DNA from: Eledone cirrhosa
Taxonomy: Eukaryota
Assembly (NCBI GenBank): GCA_964016885.1
Contig: OZ024741.1
Span: 338,768,001 to 338,832,000, forward strand
DNA: 64,000 nucleotides
Reading direction: 5' to 3'
Shown here: piece by piece, positions 38,301 through 50,354 of the stretch
How positions within the stretch are numbered: the stretch's first letter is position 1
Layout: every line of letters begins with the position of its first letter
The notes under the pieces: model-generated
What the model was told of the DNA's origin: nothing
Database searches by the model: none
What the model saw: only the letters and a program-made list of their open reading frames with translations
Program-made: the position numbers and the translations under genes

Positions 38301-41300
38301 CTAGTGGTTAGAGTGTTAGACAAACAGTCATATCTGTGAAGGTGTGTGGTCTACTGGTTAGAGTGTTGGACAGACTGTCATATCTGTGATGGTGTGTGAT
38401 CTAGTGGTTAGAGTGTTAGACAAACTGTCATATTTGTGAAGGTGTGTGATCTACTGGTTAGAGTGTTGGACAAACTGTCATATCTGTGAAGGTGTGTGTT
38501 CTACTGGCTATAGTGTTGGACAGACTGTCATATCTGTGAAGGTGTGTGGTGTAGTGGTTAGAGTTTTACACAGACTGTCATATCTGTGAAGGTGTGTGGT
38601 CTACTGGTTAGAGTGTTGGACTGACCATCATATCTGTGAAGGTGTGTAGTTTAGTGGTTAGAGTGTTAGACAGACTGTCATATTTGTGAAGGTGTGTTGT
38701 CTACTGGTTAGAGTGTTAGACAGACTGTCATATCTGTGAAGGTGTGTGGTCTACTGGTTAGAGTGTTAGACAGACTGTCATATCTGTGAAGGTGTGTGGT
38801 CTACTGGTTAGAGTGTGAGACAGACTGTCATATCTGTGAAGGTGTGTCGTCTACTGGTTAGAGTGTTAGACAGACTGTCATATCTGTGAAGGTGTGTGGT
38901 CTACTGGCTAGAGTGTTGGACAGATTGTCATATCTGTGAAGGTGTGTGCTGTAGTGGTTAGAGTGTTAGACACACTGTCATATTTGTGAAGGCGTGTGGT
39001 CTACTGGTTAGAGTGTTGGACAGACTGTCATATCTGTGAAGGTGTGTGATCTAGTGGTTAGAGTGTTAGACAGACTGTCATATCTGTGAAGGTGTGTGTT
39101 CTACTGGCTAGAGTGTTGGACAGACTGCCATATCTGTGAAGGTGTGTGATCTAGTGGTTAGAGTGTTAGACACACTGTCATATCTGTGAAGGTGTGTGTT
39201 CTACTGGTTAGAGTGTTGGACAGACTGTCATATCTGTGAAGGTGTGTGGTCTACTGGTTAGAGTGTTAGACAGACTCTCATATCTGTGAAAGTGTTTCGT
39301 CTACTGGTTAGAGTGTTGGACAGACTGTCATATCCGTGAAGGTGTGTGATCTAGTGGTTAGAGTGTTAGACAAACTGTCATACCTGTGAAGGTGTGTGGT
39401 CTACTGGTTAGAGTGTTGGACAGACTGTCATATCTGTGAAGGTGTGTGATCTAGTGGTTAGAGTGTTAGACAAACTGTCATATCTGTGAAGGTGTGAGGT
39501 CTACTTTTTAGAGTGTTAGACAGACTGTCATATCTGTGAAGGTGTGTGGTCTACTAGTTAGAGTGTTGGACAGACTGTCATATCTGTGAAGGTGTGTGGT
39601 CTACTGGTTAGAGTGTTAGACAGACTGTCATATCCGTGAAGGTGTGTGGTCTACTGGTTAGAGTGTTAGACAGACTGTCATATCTGTGAAGGTGTGTGGT
39701 CTACTGGTTAGAGTGTTAGACAGACTGTCATATCTGTAAAGGTGTGTGGTCTACTGGTTAGAGTGTTAGACAGACTGTCATATCTGTGAAGGTGTTTGGT
39801 CTACTGGTTAGAGTGTTGGACAGACTGTCATATCTGTAAAGGTGTGTGGTCTGCTGGTTAGAGTGTTAGACAGCCTGTCATATCTGTGAAGGTGTTTGGT
39901 CTACTGGCTAGAGTGTTGGACAGACTGTCATATCTGTGAAGGTGTGTGATCTAGTGGTTAGAGTGTTAGACAAACTGTCATATCTGTGAAGGTGTGTGGT
40001 CTACTGGTTAGAGTGTTGGACAGACTGTCATATCTGTGAAGGTGTGTGATCTAGTGGTTAGAGTGTTAGACAAACTGTCATATCTGTGAAGGTGTGTGGT
40101 CTACTGGTTAGAGTGTTAGACAGACTGTCATATCTGTGAAGGTGTGTGGTCTACTGGTTAGAGTGTTAGACAGACTGTCATATCTGTGAAGGTGTGTGTT
40201 CTACTGGCTAGAGTGTTGGACAGACTGTCATATCTGTGAAGGGGTGTGGTGTAGTGGTTAGGGTGTTAGACAGACTGTCATATCTGTGAAGGTGTGTGGT
40301 CTACTGGTTAGAGTGTAAGACAGACTGTCATATCTGTGAGTGTGTGTGGTCTACTGGTTAGAGTGTTAGACAGACTGTCATATTTGTGAAGGTGTGTGGT
40401 CTACTGGTTAGAGTGTTAGACAGACTGTCATATCTGTGAAGGTGTGTGGTCTACTGGTTAGAGTGTTGGACAGACTGTCATATCTGTGAAGGTGTGTGGT
40501 CTACTGGTTAGAGTGTTAGACAGACTGTCATATCTGTGAAGGTGTGTGGTCTACTGGTTAGAGTGTTAGACAGACTGTCATATCTGTGAAGGTGGGTGGT
40601 CTACTGGTTAGAGTGTTGGACTGACCATCATATCTGTGAAGGTGTGTGGTCTACTGGTTAGAGTGTTAGACAGACTGTCATACCTGTGAAGGTGTGTGGT
40701 CTACTGGCTAGAATCTTAGACAAACTGTCATATCTGTAAAGGTGTGTGGTCTACTGGTTAGAGTGTTGGACAGACTGTCATATCTGTGAAGGTGTGTGGT
40801 CTACTGTTTAGTGTGTTAGACAGACTGTCATATCTGTGAAGGTGGGTGGTCTACTGGTTAGAGTGTTGGTCTGACCATCATATCTGTAAAGGTGTGTAGT
40901 CTACTGGTTAGAGTGTTAGACAGACTGTCATATCTGTAAAGGTGTGTGGTCTACTGGTTAGAGTGTTAGACAGACTGTCATATCTGTGAAGGTGTTTGGT
41001 CTACTGGTTAGAGTGTTGGACAGACTGTCATATCTGTAAAGGTGTGTGGTCTGCTGGTTAGAGTGTTAGACAGCCTGTCATATCTGTGAAGGTGTTTGGT
41101 CTACTGGCTAGAGTGTTGGACAGACTGTCATATCTGTGAAGGTGTGTGATCTAGTGGTTAGAGTGTTAGACAAACTGTCATATCTGTGAAGGTGTGTGGT
41201 CTACTGGTTAGAGTGTTGGACAGACTGTCATATCTGTGAAGGTGTGTGATCTAGTGGTTAGAGTGTTAGACAAACTGTCATATCTGTGAAGGTGTGTGGT

Positions 41301-43130
41301 CTACTGGTTAGAGTGTTAGACAGACTGTCATATCTGTGAAGGTGTGTGGTCTACTGGTTAGAGTGTTAGACAGACTGTCATATCTGTGAAGGTGTGTGTT
41401 CTACTGGCTAGAGTGTTGGACAGACTGTCATATCTGTGAAGGGGTGTGGTGTAGTGGTTAGGGTGTTAGACAGACTGTCATATCTGTGAAGGTGTGTGGT
41501 CTACTGGTTAGAGTGTAAGACAGACTGTCATATCTGTGAGTGTGTGTGGTCTACTGGTTAGAGTGTTAGACAGACTGTCATATTTGTGAAGGTGTGTGGT
41601 CTACTGGTTAGAGTGTTAGACAGACTGTCATATCTGTGAAGGTGTGTGGTCTACTGGTTAGAGTGTTGGACAGACTGTCATATCTGTGAAGGTGTGTGGT
41701 CTACTGGTTAGAGTGTTAGACAGACTGTCATATCTGTGAAGGTGTGTGGTCTACTGGTTAGAGTGTTAGACAGACTGTCATATCTGTGAAGGTGGGTGGT
41801 CTACTGGTTAGAGTGTTGGACTGACCATCATATCTGTGAAGGTGTGTGGTCTACTGGTTAGAGTGTTAGACAGACTGTCATACCTGTGAAGGTGTGTGGT
41901 CTACTGGCTAGAATCTTAGACAAACTGTCATATCTGTAAAGGTGTGTGGTCTACTGGTTAGAGTGTTGGACAGACTGTCATATCTGTGAAGGTGTGTGGT
42001 CTACTGTTTAGTGTGTTAGACAGACTGTCATATCTGTGAAGGTGGGTGGTCTACTGGTTAGAGTGTTGGTCTGACCATCATATCTGTAAAGGTGTGTAGT
42101 CTAGTGGTTAGAGTGTTGGACAGACTGTCATATCTGTGAAGGTGTGTGGTCTAGTGGTTAGAGTGTTAGACAGACTGTCATATTTGTGAAGGAGTGTGGT
42201 CTACTGGTTAGAGTGTTAGACAGACTGTCATATCTGTGAAGGTGTGTGGTCTACTGGCTAGAATGTTAGACAAACTGTCATATCTGTAAAGGTGTGTGGT
42301 CTACTGGTTAGAGTGTTGGACAGACTGTCATATCTGTGAAGGTGTGTGGTCTACTGGTTAGTGTGTTAGACAGACTGTCATATCTGTGAAGGTGTGTGGT
42401 CTACTGGCTAGAGTGTTGGACAGACTGTCATATCTGTGAAGGTGTGTGATCTAGTGGTTAGAGTGTTAGACAAACTCTCATATCTGTGAAGGTGTGTGTT
42501 CTACTGGTTAGAGTGTTGGACAGACTGTCATATCTGTGAAGGTGGGTGGTCTACTGGTTAGAGTGTTGGACTGACCATCATATCTGTGAAGGTGTGTAGT
42601 CTAGTGGTTAGAGTGTTAGACCGACTGTCATATCTGTGAAGGTGTGTGGTCTACTGGTTAGAGTGTTAGACAGACTGTCATATCTGTGAAGGTGGGTGGT
42701 CTACTGGTTAGAGTGTTGGACTGACCATCATATCCGTGAAGGTGTGTTATCTAGTGGTTAGAGTGTTGGACAGACTGTCATATCTGTGAAGATGTGTGGT
42801 CTAGTGGTTAGAGTGTTAGACAGACTGTCATATTTGTGAAGGTGTGTGGTTTACTGGTTAGAGTGTTGGACAGACTGTCATATCTGTGAAGGTGTTTGGT
42901 CTACTAGTTAGAGTGTTGGACAGACTGTCATATCTGTGAAGGTGTGTGATCTAATGGTTAGAGTGTTAGACAGACTGTCATATCTGTGAAGTTGTGTGGT
43001 CTAATGGTTAGAGTGTTAGACAGACTGTCATATCTGTGAAGGTATGTGTTCTACTGGCTAGAGTGTTGGACAGACTGTAATATCTGTGAAGGTGTGTGGT
43101 CTACTGGCTAGAATGTTAGACAAACTGTCA
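30881..43130. repeat. 5,500-bp (110-monomer) tandem duplication; second copy is 1,250 bp longer
   Basis: Offset 5500: catactgtca 32021/37521, ggcgtgtggt 33491/38991, ctacttttta 34001/39501. Offset 6750 after the internal expansion: ggagtgtggt 35441/42191, ggtatgtgtt 36291/43041. Confidence 0.9.
39701..42100. repeat. Nested 1,200-bp (24-monomer) tandem duplication
   Basis: gagtgtaaga 40311/41511, gaatcttaga 40711/41911 and gagtgttggt-ctgaccatca 40861/42061 are all exactly 1,200 bp apart. Confidence 0.9.
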
Positions 43131-46100
43131 TATCTGTAAAGGTGTGTGGTCTACTGGTTAGAGTGTTGGACAGACTGTCATATCTGTGAAGGTGTGTGGT
43201 CTACTGGTTAGTGTGTTAGACAGACTGTCATATCTGTGAAGGTGTGTGGTCTAGTGGTTAGAGTGTTAGACAGACTGTCATATTTGTGAAGGTGTGTGGT
43301 CTACTGGTTAGAGTGTTAGACAGACTGTCATATCTGTGAAGGTGTGTGGTCTACTGGTTAGAGTGTTAGACAGACTGTCATATCTGTGAAGGTGTGTGGT
43401 CTACTGGTTAGAGTGTTAGACAGACTGTCATATCTGTGAAGGTGTGTGGTCTACTGGTTAGAGTGTGAGACAGACTGTCATATCTGTGAAGGTGTGTGGT
43501 CTACTGGTTAGAGTGTTAGACAGACTGTCATATCTGTGAAGGTGTGTGGTCTACTGGCTAGAGTGTTGGACAGATTGTCATATTTGTGAAGGTGTGTGGT
43601 GTAGTGGTTAGAGTGTTAGACAAACTATCATATCTGTGAAGGTGTGTGGTCTATTGGTTAGAGTGTTGGACAGATGACATATCTGTGAAGGTGTGTGATC
43701 TAGTGCTTAGAGTGTTAGACAAACTGTCATATCTGTAAAGGTGTGTGGTCTACTGGTTAGAGTGTGTGACAGACTGTCATATCTGTGAAGGTGTGTGGTC
43801 TACTGGTTAGTGTGTTATACAGACTCTCATATCTGTGAAGGTGTGTGTTCTACTGGCTAGAGTGTTGGACAGACTGAGATATCTGTGAAGGTGTGTGATC
43901 TACTGGTTTGAGTGTTGGACAGACTGTCATATCTGTGAAGGTGTGTGATCTAGTGGTTAGAGTGTTAGACAAACTGTCATATCTGTGAAGGTGTGTGGTC
44001 TACTGGCTAGAATCTTAGACAAACTGTCATATCTGTAAAGGTGTGTGGTCTACTGGTTAGAGTGTTGGACAGACTGTCATATCTGTGAAGGTGTGTGGTC
44101 TACTGGTTAGTGTGTTAGACAGACTGTCATATTTGTGAAGGTGTGTGGTCTACTGGCTAGAGTGTTGGACAGACTGTCATATCTGTGAAGGTGTGTGATC
44201 TAGTGGTTAGAATGTTAGACAAACTCTCATATCTGTGAAGGTGTGTGTTCTACTGGTTAGAGTGTTGGACAGACTGTCATATCTGTGAAGGTGGGTGGTC
44301 TACTGGTTAGAGTGTTGGACTGACCATCATATCTGTGAAGGTGTGTAGTCTAGTGGTTAGATTGTTAGACCGACTGTCATATCTGTGAAGGTGTGTGGTC
44401 TACTGGTTAGAGTGTTAGACAGACTGTCATATCTGTGAAGGTGTGTGGTCTACTGGTTAGAGTGTTAGACAAACTGTCATATCTGTGAAGGTGTGTGTTC
44501 TACTGGTTAGAGTGTTGGACAGACTGTCATATCTGTGAAGGTGTGTGGTCTACTGGTTAGAGTGTTGGACTGACCATCATATCTGTGAAGGTGTGTTATC
44601 TAGTGGTTAGAGTGTTAGACAAACTGTCATATCTGTGAAGGTGTGTGTTCTACTGGTTAGAGTGTTGGACAGACTGTCATATCTGTGAAGGTGTGTGGTC
44701 TACTGGTTAGAGTGTTAGACAGACTCTCATATCTGTGAAGGTGTTTGGTCTACTGGTTAGAGTGTTGGACAGACTGTCATATCTGTGAAGGTGTGTGATC
44801 TAGTGGTCAGAGTGTTAGACAAACTGTCATATCTGTGAAGCTGTGTGGTCTACTGGTTAGAGTGTTAGACAGACTGTCATATCTGTGAAGGTGTGTGGTC
44901 TACTGGTTAGAGTGTTGGATAGACTGTCATATCTGTGAAGGTGTGTGATCTAATGGTTAGAGTGTTAGACAAACTGTCATATCTGTGAAGGTGTGTGGTC
45001 TACTGGTTAGAGTGTTAGACAGACTGTCATATCTGTGAAGGTGTGTGGTCTACTGGTTAGAGTGTTGGACAGACTGTCATATCTGTGAAGGTGTGTGGTC
45101 TACTGGTTAGAGTGATAGACAGACTGTCATATCTGTGAAGGTGTGTGGTCTACTTGTTAGAGTGTTAGACAGACTGTCATATCTGTGAAGGTGTGTGGTC
45201 CACTGGTTAGAGTGTTAGACAGACTGTCATATCTGTGAAGGTGTGTGGTCTACTGGTTAGAGTGTGAGACAGACTGTCATATCTGTGAAGGTGTGTGGTC
45301 TACTGGTTAGTGTGTTAGACAGACTGTCATATCTGTGAAGGTGTGTGGTGTACTGGCTAGATTGTTGGACAGACTGTCATATCTGTGAAGGTGTGTGATC
45401 TAGTGGTTAGAGTGTTAGACAAACTGTCATATCTGTGAAGGTGTGTGTTCTACTGGTTAGAGTGTTGGACAGACTGTCATATCTGTGAAGGTGTGTGGTC
45501 TACCGGTTAGAGTGTTAGACAGACTGTCATATCTGTGAAGGTGGGTGGTCTACTGGTTAGAGTGTTGGACTGACCATCATATCTGTGAAGGTGTGTAGTC
45601 TAGTGGTTAGAGTGTTAGACCGACTGTCATATCTGTGAAGGTGTGTGGTCTACTGGTTAGAGTGTTAGACAGACTGTCATATCTGTGAAGGTGGGTGGTC
45701 TACTGGTTAGAGTGTTGGACTGACCATCATATCTGTGAAGGTGTGTTATCTAGTGGTTAGAGTGTTGGACTGACCATCATATCTGTGAAGGTGTGTGGTC
45801 TACTGGTTAGAGTGTTAGACAGACTGTCATATCTGTGAAGATGTGTGGTCTACTGGTTAGAGTGTTGGACAGACTGTCATATTTGTGAAGGTGTGTGGTC
45901 TACTGGTTAGAGTGTTAGACAGACTGTCATATCTGTGAAGGTGTGTGGTCTACTGGTTAGAGTGTTAGACAGACTGTCATATTTGTGAAGATGTGTGGTA
46001 TACTGGTTAGAGTGTTAGACAGACTGTCATATCTGTGAATGTATGTGGTCTAGTGGTTAGAGTGTTAGACAGACTGTCATATCTGTGAAGGTGTGTGGTC

Positions 46101-47179
46101 TACTGGTTAGAGTGTTAGACAGACTGTCATATCTGTGAATGTATGTGGTCTACTGGTTAGAGTGTTAGACAGACTGTCATATCTGTGAATGTATGTGGTC
46201 TAGTGGTTAGAGTGTTAGACAGACTGTCATATCTGTGAAGGTGTGTGGTCTACTGGTTAGAGTGTTAGACAGACTGTCATATCTGTGAAGGTGTGTGGTC
46301 TACTGGTTAGAGTGTTGGACAGACTATCATATCTGTGAAGGTCTGTTGTCTAGTGGTAAGGGTGTTAGACAGACTGTCATATCTGTGAAGGTGTGTGGTC
46401 TACTGGTTAGAGTGTTAGACAGACTGTCATATCTGTAAAGGTGTGTGGTCTACTGGTTAGAGTGTTGGACAGACTGTCATATCTGTGAAGGTGTGTGGTC
46501 TACTGGCTAGAGTGTTAGGCAGACTGTCATATCTGTGAAGGTGTGTGGTCTACTGGTTAGAGCGTTGGACAGACTGTCATATCTGTGAAGGTGTGTGGTC
46601 TACAGGTTACAGTTTTAGACAGACTGTCATATCTGTGAAGGTGTGTGGTCTACTGGTTAGAGTGTTGGACAGACTGTCATATCTGTGAAGGTATGTGGTC
46701 TTATGGTTAGAGTGTTAGACAGACTGTCATATCTGTGAAGGTGTGTGGTCTACTGGTTAGAGTGTTAGACAGACTGTCATATCTGTGAAGGTGTGTGGTC
46801 TAATGTTTAGAGTGTTAGACAGACTGTAATATCTGTGAAGGTGTGTGGTCTACTGGTTGGAGTGTTAGACAGACTGTCATATCTGTGAAGGTGTGTGGTC
46901 TACTTGTTAAAGTGCTAGACAGACTGTCATATTTGTGAAGGTGTGTGGTCTACTGGCTAGAGTGTTAGACAGACTGTCATATCTGTGAAGGTGTGTGGTC
47001 TACTGGTTAGAGTGTTGGACTGACTGTCATATCTGTGAAGGTGTGTGGTCTACTGGTTAGAGTGTTAGACAGACTGTCATATCTGTGAAGGTGTGCGCTC
47101 TACTGGCTAGAGTGTTAGACAGACTGTCATATCTGTGAAGGTGTGTGTTCTACTGGCTAGAGTGTTGGACAGACTGTCA

Positions 47180-47890
47180 TATCTGTGAAGGTGTGTGATC
47201 TAGTGGTTAGAGTGTTAGACACACTGTCATATCCGTGAAGGTGTGTGGTCTAGGGTTAGAGTGTTGGACAGACTGTCATATCTGTGAAGGTGTGTGGTCT
47301 ACTGGTTAGAGTGTTAGACAGACTGTCATATCTGTGAAGGTGTGTGGTCTACTGGTTAGAGTGTTAGACAGACTGTCATATCTGTGAAGGTGTGTGGTCT
47401 AGTGGTAAGGGTGTTATACAGACTGTCATATCTGTGAAGGTGTGTGGTCTACTGGTTAGAGTGTTAGACAGACTGTCATATCTGTAAATGTGTGTGGTCT
47501 ACTGGTTAGAGTGTTAGACAGACTGTCATATCTGTGAAGGTGTGTGGTCTACTGGTTAGAGTGTTAGACAGACTGTCATATCTGTGAAGGTGTGTGGTCT
47601 AGTGGTAAGGGTGTTATACAGACTGTCATATCTGTGAAGGTGTGTGATCTAGTGGTTAGAGTGTTAGACACACTGTCATATCCGTGAAGGTGTGTGGTCT
47701 AGGGTTAGAGTGTTGGACAGACTGTCATATCTGTGAAGGTGTGTGGTCTACTGGTTAGAGTGTTAGACAGACTGTCATATCTGTGAAGGTGTGTGGTCTA
47801 CTGGTTAGAGTGTTAGACAGACTGTCATATCTGTGAAGGTGTGTGGTCTAGTGGTAAGGGTGTTATACAGACTGTCATATCTGTGAAGGT
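47180..47890. repeat. Partial duplication at 449-bp offset (9 monomers minus 1 bp) carrying a 1-bp deletion
   Basis: acactgtcatatccgtg...ctagggttag occurs at 47221 and 47670. agtggtaagggtgttata occurs at 47401 and 47850, with an extra copy at 47601. Confidence 0.8.
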
Positions 47891-50354
47891 GTGTGATCTA
47901 GTGGTTAGAGTGTTGGACAGACTGTCATATCTGTGAAGGTGTGCGGTCTACTGGCTAGAGTGTTGGACAGACTGTCATATCTGTGAAGGTGTGTGATCTT
48001 GTGGTTAGAGTGTTAGACAAACTGTCATATATGTGAAGGTGTGTGGTCTACTGGTTAGAGTGTTGGACAGACTGTCATATCTGTGATGGTGTGTGATCTA
48101 GTGGTTAGAGTGTTAGACAAACTGTCATATCTGTAAAGGTGTGTGGTCTACTGGTTAGAGTGTTGGACAGACTGTCATATCTGTGAAGGTGTGTCGTCTA
48201 GTGGTTAGAGTGTTAGACAGACTGTCATATTTGTGAAGGTGTGTGGTCTACTGGTTAGAGTGTTAGACAGACTGTCATATCTGTGAAGGTGTGTGGTCTA
48301 CTGGTTAGAGTGTTGGACAGACCGTCATATCTGTGAAGGTGTGTGGTCTACTGGTTAGAGTGTTAGACAGACTGTCATATCTGTGAAGGTGTGTGGTCTA
48401 CTGGTTAGAGTGTTAGACAAACTGTCATATCTGTAAAGGTGTGTGGTCTACTGGTTAGAGTGTTGGACAGACTGTCATATCTGTGAAGGTGTGTGGTCTA
48501 CTGGTTAGTGTGTTAGACAGACTGTCATATCTGTGAAGGTGTGTGTTCTACTGGCTAGAGTGTTGGACAGACTGCCATATCTGTGAATGTGTGTGATCTA
48601 GTGATTAGAGTGTTAGACAAACTGTCATATCTGTGAAGGTGTGTGGTCTACTGGTTAGAGTGTTAGACAGACTCTCATATCTGTGAAGTTGTTTGGTCTA
48701 CTGGTTAGAGTGTTGGACAGACTGTCATATCTGTAAAGGTGTGTGATCTAGTGGTTAGAGTGTTAGACAAACTGTCATATCTGTGAAGGTGTGTGGTCTA
48801 CTGGTTAGAGTGTTAGACAGACTGTCATATTTGTGAAGGTGTGTGATCTAGTGGTTAGAGTGTTAGACAGACTGTCATATCAGTGAAGGTGTGTGGTCTA
48901 CTGGTTAGAGTGTTGGACAGACTGTCATATCTGTGAAGGTGTGTGGTCTACTGGTTAGTGTGTTAGACAGACTGTCATATCTGTGAAGGTGTGTGTTCTA
49001 CTGGCTAGAGTGTTGGACAGACTGCCATATCTGTGAAGGTGTGTTATCTAGTGGTTAGAGTGTTAGACAAACTGTCATATCTGTGAAGGTGTGTGTTCTA
49101 CTGGTTAGAGTGTTGGACAGACTGTCATATCTGTGAAGGTGTGTGGTCTACTGGTTAGAGTGTTAGACAGACTCTCATATCTGTGAAGGTGTTTGGTCTA
49201 CTGGTTAGAGTGTTGGACAGACTGTCATATCTGTGAAGGTGTGTGATCTAGTGGTTAGAGTGTTAGACAAACTGTCATATCTGTGAAGCTGTGTGGTCTA
49301 CTGGTTAGAGTGTTAGACAGACTGTCATATCTGTGAAGGTGTGTGGTCTACTGGTTAGAGAGTTGGATAGACTGTCATATCTGTGAAGGTGTGTGATCTA
49401 ATGGTTAGAGTGTTAGACAAACTGTCATATCTGTGAAGGTGTGTGGTCTACTGGTTAGAGTGTTAGACAGACTGTCATATCTGTGAAGGTGTGTGGTCTA
49501 CTGGTTAGAGTGTTGGACAGACTGTCATATCTGTGAAGGTGTGTGGTCTACTGGTTAGAGTGTTAGACAGACTGTCATATCTGTGAAGGTGTGTGGTCTA
49601 CTGGTTAGAGTGTGAGACAGACTGTCATATCTGTGAAGGTGTGTGGTCTACTGGTTAGTGTGTTAGACAGACTGTCATATCTGTGAAGGTGTGTAGTCTA
49701 CTGGCTAGATTGTTGGACAGACTGTCATATCTGTGAAGGTGTGTGATCTAGTGGTTAGAGTGTTAGACAAACTGTCATATCTGTGAAGGTGTGTGTTCTA
49801 CTGGTTAGAGTGTTGGACAGACTGTCATATCTGTGAAGGTGTGTGGTCTACCGGTTAGAGTGTTAGACAGACTGTCATATCTGTGAAGGTGTGTGATCTA
49901 GTGGTTAGAGTGTTAGACAGACTGTCATATCTGTGAAGGTGTGCGGTCTACTGGTTAGAGTGTTAGACAGACTGTCATATCTGTGAAGGTGTGTGATCTG
50001 CTGGTTAGAGTGTTGGACAGATGGAATATCTGTGAAGGTGTGTGGTCTACTGGTTAGAGTGTTGGACAGACTGTCATATCTGTGAAGGTGTGCGGTCTAC
50101 TGGCTAGAGTGTTAGACAGACTGTCATATTTGTGAAGGTGTGTGGTCTACTGGTTAGAGTGTTAGACAGACTGTCATATCTGTGAAGGTGTGTGGTCTAC
50201 TGGTTAGAGTGTTGGACAGACCGTCATATCTGTGAAGGTGTGTGGTCTACTGGTTAGAGTGTTAGACAGACTGTCATATCTGTGAAGGTGTGTGGTCTAC
50301 TGGTTAGAGTGTTAGACAGACTGTCATATCTGTGAAGGTGTGTGGTCTACTGGT

